From the NCBI RefSeq assembly GCF_009914755.1, contig NC_060934.1: a DNA stretch of 64,000 bases; one strand, written 5' to 3'. How positions within the stretch are numbered: the stretch's first letter is position 1; the number at the start of each line of letters is the position of its first letter. The stretch comes from the human T2T-CHM13v2.0 reference genome, Homo sapiens. This document shows positions 51,781-64,000 of this stretch, one piece after another. Position numbers and translations under genes: made by a program. The notes under the pieces are model-generated. The model saw only the letters and a list, made by a program, of their open reading frames with translations. It had not been told where the DNA came from and did not search any database.

Positions 51781-54700
51781 AGGTTAAGAAACAAATGTAA
51801 CGTGATCACAGTAGAAACACTACAAAAAGCAGATGGATAATGCATTTTTAAAATAAAATTTTACTTTCCATATTAGGATTTTGGTGTAGGCATTCCCAGA
51901 TATTTGCCACAAAAGTGACGACCATATTTGTATTATTTGAACTACTTGAGATTCACCTTCTCCCCACTCCCCCCACTTGCCTCCTGCTCTCCAACCAAAC
52001 CAAAGTAAATACCCAAATAAACTGTGACAAACATCTCCTCTCTCCCAACAATTAAAAATTAGTGCTTAGCAATGAACTCTAGAACTGGGGCGGGGGAGAG
52101 GGGAGTGGGAAGAGGTGTTCCCTTAAGTGCATCGGGAAGCAGATAAAATGGGTTTATAAGGAAAGAATAATAATGCAACAGTAAAAGAGAAATAGAGACT
52201 AGTAGACTAATTGCAAAGGGGGAACAATGAAATCAACTTGCTTGTAGAGTCTGTGTAGCCACAAAAGCTAAGGTTAGATCAAGTTAAGTGTGTTCTTGGA
52301 GCTGAGGTTGATCAGTCTTCACAGGCAGCAATAAGGCTATGCTAGTATAGCAGTAGCAGGACTTAGTGAAGATAGTTATATGACCATGCAGCATCTCCAC
52401 AGTCTAACAATTCACCTGCACATAGTAATTGGTTCTATAATGAGTCTCATCAAACGTCCCCAGAGAGGAATTGTTCTAGTATTATATCTAGCTCAAATTA
52501 TCTACTTCCACTGAATTTCCCATCAGGATTAGTTAAGGGAACCTTTTTTAAAAATAACAAATTTGATCGATATTTTTATATTCAACCATATTTTTTAAAT
52601 GTGGACTATAAAAACAAATGCTTTTGTTTAAGCACAAATAGAAAAATAATTAAAGGTATACTGCTTGAGTCACGATGTCTACAGAGGAAATAATCCAATT
52701 TGGTACAGAATCATTGAAGACATTTATACAAAAGAGCTTTTACTTGAGTTATTTGTAGTTTCCCATAGTGCATGTATACAAGTGTGTGTGCTTTTATATC
52801 ACAAAATGATCCATAGAACCAAATAATATAGGTGAATTTGTTATCTTACCACAAGTTAATGTTTTGGTACATCATATTAAAAAATAACTATATAAATAAT
52901 AAATACGTGTCTATGATTAACTTTTCCAAGTTTATGTCAATGAACTCTTGTTTAAGGAATTTAAAAGAAAAATGTATATTTCCATATTCACAATACATTT
53001 TTTTCCATATTGAAGTTTTAGTAGATAGATTTGGAAGTCATGTGGGAGAGAATACATTTATTAATGTTAACGTGCTAAATCTGAATAGGAAAATGCAACT
53101 TAGAATTCTAGCCAGAAGCAGTCTTTCCATGCTGCTCTATGTACTCTCCCAAGTCTGGAGCTTGGGATCTGCCTGTAAGCAAGATTGCATTTACAGAGCA
53201 GATAACACTTGCCTAACTTATCCACTGGGACATTCCACCTTTCTCTATGGGACACATTTAAGGAGACAGAAAGACTTGAGTCTATAGATGCATTTCTCAG
53301 AAGGCAGTTATTTTCTCAGAAGGTAGGCTTAGGCACTTATTTATTGGAATTGGGCTTAATAAGGTATCCAGTTCTCAGCTTTCCTGGAAAAGGAGAAAAT
53401 GGCAGGGATTCTGAGAATAATAATACTGTAACACCTTAACTCTATTAACAGAGGAGCATGAATCAATGTATGTTAGATTATTGCCATTCCATCAATGAAT
53501 AACTTACACATAGAAAATAGTGTGTAGGGAATGGAAAGAATTGGAGGTTTCTCATAAGAAGCATCATGGAAATAGTAAGATAACTGAAGAAAGAATCTTA
53601 AAAAAAGCTAAGTTATTAAAATTATCTCTTCTTTCATAATAGCTTATGTAAATTCAAGGAAACACAATGCCAAACAGTAACTTACTAGATGACACTTATG
53701 AGAAAGTGGCTTGTTCTTTTAGATTGGATTCAGCCTTTTATATAACATGTCTTATCAGCTAAACCTAATTACTGGGGATGAGGTGAAAAACCCAGTAAAT
53801 ATATGGGATGAATAAAGCTAGTAAGTTTAGCATTCATTAGATTCAAATTTGTGTACATAAATTAATGTGAGAACCAGATTGGAACCCAGTTTCCAGGGCT
53901 TTAAATTCCTTTCAGTACACTTCATTATATTATATTACATTACATTATATGACTACTTTATATTGTTCTCAAGTCAAAATTGTGTTATTGCTTCAATGTA
54001 TTCAGACCTTGGCTGATCTGAAAGAGTTAATGCCTCTTCCATAAACCCTCTTTAAAAACACCTAGATACTATGAGAAACTGGGTCTTCCTGAGTAAAGTA
54101 CTTTACTTACTTACTTTGGTGGTTTTATAGGTAATTTATTCCTTGTTAGATATGGGGAGAGACCTTGTGTCTTTCTGTCACCAGTTGATTTAAAGAAAAC
54201 ATGAGTATTTTTGGAGAAGTCTGAAGTTCAATAAAGGTTGAAGTCAGTTTGAAGGACTCAGATGTTAAAATATGTACTTTTAAGTCATGTGTAGAATTTT
54301 TTCATAACATATCACCTCCAAATAACAGAGAATATAAATGTAGGGTCTGGGTAACAATGTTATATTTTGAATTATTTCTTTGGCTTTGGCCACAATTCAG
54401 AGAAAAATAAAAGATCCATACGTACATTGGAGGAAAAACATTAAAATGAATGGAACAGGTGATATATCTCATAATGCTGAATTCTTGGAAGAGATTTTTC
54501 TTTAGATCCACTTAGAAATGAGTTATGTTATTATTGCATAAAAATATAAAATTACAATTAATATAAAATATCATATAAAATTATTTTATTTTGCATGACA
54601 TCTTAATTCAAGGAATAAAAATTAATTCAAGGATATAAAATTATAATACATGTAATATAAAATTATTTTGCATAAAAGTTTTAATTCAAGGATTATTATT

Positions 54701-55741
54701 AAGCTTATTACAACTGCATAAATGAATGTCACTAAGTGATAAGGGTCTATGTTAAGCAAATAAAGAAAAATTGCTCTCTAGATGAGTCATTTAGTTCCCA
54801 GATTGACCTTTGTAAATTTTCTGCTGGTGATGATGACAATATGTTTTGATGTAAAAGGTGTCACCTTAATGATAACCATATAATCTCTAGTAGGTTTTCT
54901 TTAGCTTATAGCATAGGTTATTATTGTTTAAAATTATTATTATCTTCCTTATGTCACAAAGAACCCAAGTATAAAACTGATGTAAAATAAGTTAGCATGG
55001 CATTTTTAATCTTGTAGATTTGAAAACGGAATTTATTATTCTCATTTTATATCTCTATTTGTTATTAATTAATTAGTAATGTATGCAGGTAATAATTTAT
55101 TGGGAACCCACTATGAAAAAACAAAAGAAAAAATGTGAACAAAATAAAGACAAAAAAAGTACAGGACAAAGAGACAGTATAATTTGTTGAGGTTCCTTGA
55201 GAATGTACTTAACTGTATGAAAACACCCAGAAAGATAGTAAGTTTAGTGCGAGTAACACAGTGCCTGAGAAAGGAAAAATGTAAGAAGATATTAACATAT
55301 TTAAGGAAAAATAAATAAAGGACTTATAGTTTTAGTTTCCACATGGAAATAACTTAGAAGTTGCCAGGCCCATCCTTACATTATGAAAATCTAAACAAAC
55401 TAAAAACCAATGACTTTTATTGTACTCAACAGAAAACTGAAGTTGCGAGCAAATTCCCACTCTGAAATCTGGAAGAGAAGCCACTGGGGCCATCAGCTGT
55501 TGGAGCACTTACATGATCACTTTGACCAGTTTTTAGAGTGTAAGTGTACACTGGCATGATAGTGAGAAATGCATGGGGCCATAGTCTTAGTGGGAGCTCA
55601 CTCTATCTTGGGTTCTCCCCCAATAGTCCTACCCAGTTCTTATAGTGAAGATCCAGGAGACAACCCCCCTTGTGGCTCTGACAATGGGAAAAGAAGAATC
55701 ACCGTAAAATTTACCCATGGAGGGCTCCATATCAAATTCCT

Positions 55742-56166
55742 TGCTGCATTTTGGATGTTTGTCCCCTAAACCTTATGTTGAAACCTAATCCCCAATGTTG
55801 GAGGTGGGGCCTAATGGGAGATGTTTGGCTCATGGGAGCAGATCCTCCATAAATAGATTAATCCCCTCCCTGGTGGAGGGGGAAGATATGAGTGAATTCT
55901 CACTCTGTTAGTTCCCATGAGAGCTGGTTGTTAAAAAGACCTTGGCACCTTCTTCCTTCTCTCTTTCTTGCTTCTTTCACCATATGTTTTCTACATAGCT
56001 GGCTCTTCTGCCATGAGTGGTAGCTCCCTGAAACTCTGACCAGAAGCAATGCTGGTGCCATGCTTTTTTGTACAGTCTTCAGAACCATGCACCAAGTAGA
56101 CCACTTTTCTTTATGAATTACCCAGCCTAATCTACTCCTTTATAGCAACACAAACAGACTAAGACA
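55742..56166 (+). mobile_element. MSTB1-like MaLR solo LTR
   Basis: GGATGTTTGTCCCC...AATGTTGGAGGTGGGGCCTAATGGGAG...TAGCAACACAAACAGACTAAGACA. Confidence 0.88.
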
Positions 56167-56856
56167 GGTCTACACTCCAAGGAAAACATTTTGCCAGACT
56201 ATATGCCACATGATTCCAATTACATGATATTCTGGAAAGATGAAACTATAGCAAGGATAACAAGTGATTTCCAGGTGTTGAAGGAGGGAAGAAGGTTAAA
56301 TAGATAAAACATAGGGAAACCTTTAGGGTTGTGAAACTATTCTGTATGATAGTTAAGTTGTAGATCCATGACACTGCATTTGTGAAAACCTATAGAATAT
56401 TGCAGCAAGAATAATGAACCTTAGTGTATGCAAATTTAAACAAATCATTTAGGGAGGATCCCAGTATGGAATGCAAACTTTGATATAACTGTATGATAAG
56501 TTTATAAAATAACCTCACCGAAGGGGTGGGGGTGGAGGGAAATGTCAACCAAAATAACTTTAGAAATGAGCAGAGTTTGTAAGACTGAAGACAAGAGACA
56601 CCGCATGTAAGTAATCTACTCCAATGAGGAAGCTGTTTCCTAAGGGGGCAGAGAGAAGAGTAACGTTACAGTTGAACACCTAAAAATAACTACCATAGCC
56701 AGGTGATCGACAGTGATAAGTCATCTTAATGCTATGTTCCTTGGTATGATGTGATAAAAATGTCACTTTACTTTTGTGGTATTCTTAAAACTACATACTC
56801 TTAGTCTAATCATAAGAAAAACATCAGACAAATCCAAATTAAAGGACGTTTTATAA

Positions 56857-57305
<449 letters not shown>

Positions 57306-57799
57306 AAATCTAAATTAAGTATGGATTTAGTTAATTATAATGTATCAATATTAGTTCCTTAATTGTGATAAATATACCATACCAATATAAGATGTTAACA
57401 ATGGAGGAAACAGAGCATAGGCTACATGGGAACTCTACGCTATTTTCTCAATTTTTCCGTAAATCTAAAACTACTTGAAGGAAAAATGTATTTTAAAAAA
57501 ATAAATGGAATATTGGGATGATCCCTAAAATGCCGATATTGAGAGTAATATAGACAAGCCATATAGCTGATACAGGATTTTTTGAAGGCCTGTTTTCTTC
57601 CTAGATATTTATTTAAGTTTTTATCACATAGAGGCAATCTTTTTTATGTCTACAGTGGCTTAGCAATATGAATTCATTATCCTAATACTGTATCTCTTCT
57701 CACAAATCATTACCAGGCTTTTGCAATGGGTCAACTTGTATTTCAAATATTATCATCATTACTAAAAGATATAATGCATGTTTTTCAAAGGGTAACATA

Positions 57800-58220
57800 C
57801 TTCATACATGATCCAATCCCTATTTATCTATTTTTCTGACCTTATAGTCTCCCTATTTTTACTACATTCTAGTTATGTAGAATTCATCTAAAGCACGCCA
57901 AGGTCATTTTTTTTCCCCTAAGAGTATTTCACTTGTTTTTTCTTTTGCTTTGAATGCTTTTCCCACAGATTTTGCTTGGCTGGCACTTTCTCATAAGCCA
58001 GGTTTCAGTTCAATCGTCATTTCTTCTGAAAGGCTTTTTATCTGACCGACTACTCAAAAGAACAACTTTATCTAGTCATGTTAGCTGTTGTCACTATCTG
58101 CAGTTATTTTATTTGTTCCTTTGTAGTACATTCTGTCTACCACTAAAATGAAAGCTACATGAATGCAGGGATTGTGTTATCTGGTTTACCAATGTGTTCA
58201 ATAAATATTTGTCGAATGCA
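57800..58220 (+). mobile_element. L2 3' region
   Basis: TGAATGCTTTTCCCACAGAT...CCACTAAAATGAAAGCTACATGAATGCAGGG...TCAATAAATATTTGTCGAATG. Confidence 0.75.
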
Positions 58221-59289
58221 TGTAGGATTGTCATTGTCCCACGATTTAAGGACATATCTCTAAACTCCAATCTCATCTTTGAAAGTTCTATAACTGAAAA
58301 AACACATGCAAACAACAAAGAGGTATCTGGCCTGCCATCCACCCAGAAATTATCTGATCCTCAGAATGACTTCGTGAGATGTTATCCCCATTCGACTATT
58401 CACCATATTTGACTCTCAGGATAACATAGGAAAGATGAAAAAACCCCCTTTTCTCAAGAGCAAAAACAGCAAAGTAATGGAGAAAAATAATCTAATAACT
58501 TCAGGCCAAAAGATGAGTTGTCTCCCTAGAATGGATATCCATAAGTCTCTGGCTTAGGTGATTTCACTAGTTTTGGTGAAAGCTCTCCTATCCCTGCCTG
58601 AAAAGGGCTCACATATAACTATCTCAGCTTTCTGGGGAGCCCACAGACTTCAACATCCTTCTGAGGTCCATCTGTGTGCTCTCTCTAGGGGCAGGATATT
58701 TGGACATCTGATCTCTTCTCAGCCAAAGAGGAGGGGCCAGAGGTGCTAAACTACAAATAGAGATTTTTTGTTTTTGTTTGCTTTCACTCTTTTCATGTAC
58801 ATAGTGCAAAGAAAACAGGATTTCTGAGAATTTCTGAGGTTTAACATCTAAAAATTCCCACAGAAATTAGCTACCTGCTCAAGAAAAGGTAAATAATGCC
58901 ATTTTAGTATGTCTGGCAGATGGGTTCTGTAAAGCAAGTTTGCCCATGATTTCCATGCTTATTTTCTATGCATGTATTTCATACTTGACATAGGTGTGAA
59001 ATATAATTTTCTGTTAATTAAACTTCTTAGCATACTGTTGAGGCAAGAATACTTGCTCTAAATTTAAGATAGTCCCAGGAGTAGTGTCAAGATGGGGTTG
59101 GAGAGTGAAAGGATTTTTTTTTATTTCTAGTGGCATTCCATTTAACTAAGTAGAGTAAATCAGAAAAGATTATGCAGATTATGATGCTTTTAATACAACA
59201 CAGTTCTGAGTCTTAAGAATCTTATTCATTCTCAAGGCTCAGTTTTAGCTAATATAGACCAAATTAATAAAACGCTTTCCTTTTCCTGG

Positions 59290-59636
59290 TGAGATGGTTT
59301 GGGCATGTCCCCACCCAGATCTCACCTTGAATTGTAATAATCCCCACATGTCAAGGGCGGGGCTGGGTGAAGATAATTGAATCATGGAGGCAGTTTCCCC
59401 CATACCGTTCTCATGGTAGTGAATAAGTCTCATGAGATCCAATGGTTTTATAAATAGGAGTTCCCCTGAACAAGCTGTCTTGCCTGCCACCGTGATTTTG
59501 TTCCCCATTTGCCTTCCACCATGATCATGAGGCCTCCCCAGCCATGTGGAACTGTGAGTCAATTAAACCTCTTTTCTTTATAGATTACCCAGTCTTGTGT
59601 ATGTCTTTATTAGCAGTGTGAGAACAGACTAATACA
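59290..59636 (+). mobile_element. THE1B/THE1C solo LTR
   Basis: TGAGATGGTTTGG...GAGGCCTCCCCAGCCATGTGGAACTGTGAGTC...GACTAATACA; perfect TSD CCTGG. Confidence 0.93.
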
Positions 59637-59722
59637 CCTGGTATTCCCTATGGATGTATACTTACTTAAGAACCAAACATATTACTTGAAGTTAAATTGT
59701 GAAAGATACCCCATGATTATAC

Positions 59723-60030
<308 letters not shown>

Positions 60031-60204
60031 TGACTATAGTTTTTTGAAACACAAGAAATAAATGAAGACAATTTATTTTTACTATACATTTATAGCCTAA
60101 TTTATATCATTGAATTTTTTTTCCCATTTATATATGTGATTCTCAAAAAAGTTTGTTATACATTCTCTCTGTATTTTCCTCCTGTTTTTTTTGTTTTTGT
60201 TTTT

Positions 60205-61170
60205 GTTTTTTTTAATCCACTCTAATCAGAGTTTTGTTCTGGACATGACTCTGAAATAGCACTGGCAAAATAACTACATGACATTAAACTGCCAAATACA
60301 ACACTGAATTATCCAGCTATTGCCAAATTAATGCTGCATAACAACTTCAGAATCTCAGTGGGTTACAAAAAAATTTATTATCAGGGCCGCATGTTGCAGG
60401 TTGAGTACAGCTGGACTAATTTAGGATGGGCATAGATAAGTGGCTTTGCTTTAGGTGGCTTGTTTATTTGGATTGGATTCAAGCTGGCCATTTCTCTCAT
60501 CATCCCTAGCCCAGCTGCTATCCAGAGCATATCTTTTTCATAGTGAATGATGGCATGTTTTTGTCAGAATAAGTAGCAAGAGCATAAGAGATTGAACCAA
60601 ATTGTGCAAATCTTTATGGCATCTTTTTATATTGCATTTGCTAACATTCCATTGGCTGAAGCAAGTAATGTCCATGAGCCCTATATTAACAATGTTAGGA
60701 AAAGAAATTCCACTCACTGTAGGAGTATACTGTTAAGTTATGCTGCATAGGATAGGAGAAGTATAATTCCAATTCAGAGAGAGTGTGGAAATTTGCAAAT
60801 AATAATCCAATCTATCACTAAGAGTCAAATCTCAGTCTTCATCTAATTGTTTTTATTTTTCTGCACTTGACTTCTGGCATCCCACCCTCATTATTCTCTT
60901 TCTAACTCAATAGCTGATCCTCTTTAGTCTCCTTTGGTGCTTTCTTTATATCTTTCTTTCTTCTTGGATGACCTCAGAACTAAGTTCTTGAACCTCTTCT
61001 AGGTTATCTCACCTAATTTCATATTTCTAAATATTGTCAGTATGATTAAAAACCTCTCCAAGTTAAATCTCTATCCTGCAAGTCTCTCTTAAACTTTGAA
61101 CTTGTATAGCCAACAGCCAACTCAATATTTACCATTATAAATCCAAGGAGCATCTCAACTTTAACATAGC
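60205..61170 (+). mobile_element. L2 fragments split by an old MLT1 LTR (about 60305-60818, minus strand)
   Basis: L2 motifs AATCCACTCTAATCAG and GCATCTCAACTTTAACAT; MLT1 motifs TGCTGCATAACAAC...TCTCAGTGG and CATTCCATTGGCTGAAGCAAGT. Confidence 0.55.
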
Positions 61171-63040
<1,870 letters not shown>

Positions 63041-64000
63041 AAATCCTAGTCCAAGTCTGAGTGCCAGAAAACCAGGAGCAAAATTTCCAAGGGCAGAAGA
63101 AGATGAATGTCTCAACTCAAGCAGAGAGCAAGCTTGCTGTTCCTCTACCTTTTGTTCTATTCAGGCCCTCAACAGGTTGGGTGGTGTCCATCAGCATTGA
63201 AGAGGGCAATCTTCCACATTCGGCCTACAGATTCAATAATGATTTCTTCTGAAAACATCCTCACAGACACACCCTGAAATAATATTTTGCCATATATTGG
63301 GTCATTCCTTAGCATGGTCAAATTGACACCTAAAATTAATCATCACAATCCTACCCTTTATCAACTTGGCATTTATAAACCTCTTCTTAAATACCAAATA
63401 CCTAAATAAAGACAATAATAAGGTCCTAATTCCAACTAATGTGATACAGCTATCCTGCACATTGGTCCATTTTCCAGTAGAGAAGGTAAAGTCCATGAGT
63501 GGTTTTCTCTTCTCCTGGTAACCCATTCTTAAATACTATTATGTAAAATTAATAATACTAAAATGGTGATATAAAGTCGGTACATTTTATATTATATAAT
63601 TGAAAAAAAGAGAGAAAAGAAACCAAAGATATTGGCTTAATATATGTATGTATATAAATATATACACACAGATGTATTTGTGTGTATATATATGTGTACA
63701 TATCAAATGCATATATGTGTGTGTATATATATCAAAATAAGAAGAAAACACTCATGGCAGCTTGAGTCCTTGTTTCTGTAACTAGTCATATGATTGTAGC
63801 TGGTATTTATAACTATCTTCTTCTACTACTCATTCTGTATTTCCTTTGCTTTCAGCAAGTACATTAGCTAATTGTGGTTGTTTACCTGGTAGGGTGACCC
63901 AAACCTTCATTCCTGAAGAGTCTCACCTATTAGTAGTCCTGTTTGAATTGGGTTGTAGTTTTCCATTGACCTTAGTTACAGGGCATGGTAACACTGAGAG
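63041..64000 (-). mobile_element. ERVL provirus 3' end: MLT2 LTR (63041-63347, truncated) plus ERVL-int running off the window
   Basis: MLT2 terminus AAATTGACACCTAAAATTAATCATCACA; minus-strand translation LPCPVTKVNGKLQ...GMKVWVTLPGK...VVEEDSYKYQL matches the ERVL pol C-terminus. Confidence 0.85.
63640..63735. repeat. (TA/TG)n low-complexity repeat
   Basis: Mixed TATA/TGTG/CACA dinucleotide runs. Confidence 0.8.

Noticed and set aside
51960-52115. C-rich and G-rich tracts forming a short inverted repeat / possible G-quadruplex and GC box
   Set aside because: Low-complexity match of about 12 bp with no CpG island; chance occurrence is likely
52832-53287. 151-aa ORF
   Set aside because: Non-ATG start, no domain similarity recognised, AT-rich non-coding composition

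Overview
AT-rich, CpG-depleted primate (most likely human or hominoid) non-coding DNA. It contains AluJ/S/Y, L1PA, THE1/MST and an ERV9/LTR12 provirus. I find no host protein-coding gene, rRNA, CRISPR array or CpG island, and nearly all ORFs in the track are repeat-derived or chance. The window is a layered fossil record of transposons. The main element is a minus-strand HERV9 provirus (41818-47276) with intact 4-bp TSDs, a full 5' LTR12, a tRNA-Arg PBS and decayed gag-pro-pol. An apparently microhomology-mediated deletion removed the rest of pol, env and all but the last 19 nt of the 3' LTR. An LTR1-family solo LTR sits back-to-back with it, 12 bp away. Other notable items are a twin-primed (5'-inverted) L1PA, a decayed tRNA-Glu(CTC) copy, a long Charlie/hAT transposase fossil, ERVL remnants and several multi-level nested insertions. 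I see no convincing new biological system; the best leads are the composite LTR12/LTR1 divergent promoter and possible read-through from the provirus. Repeat subfamily names come from my recall of consensus sequences and need RepeatMasker/Dfam confirmation. Boundaries of old elements are approximate.
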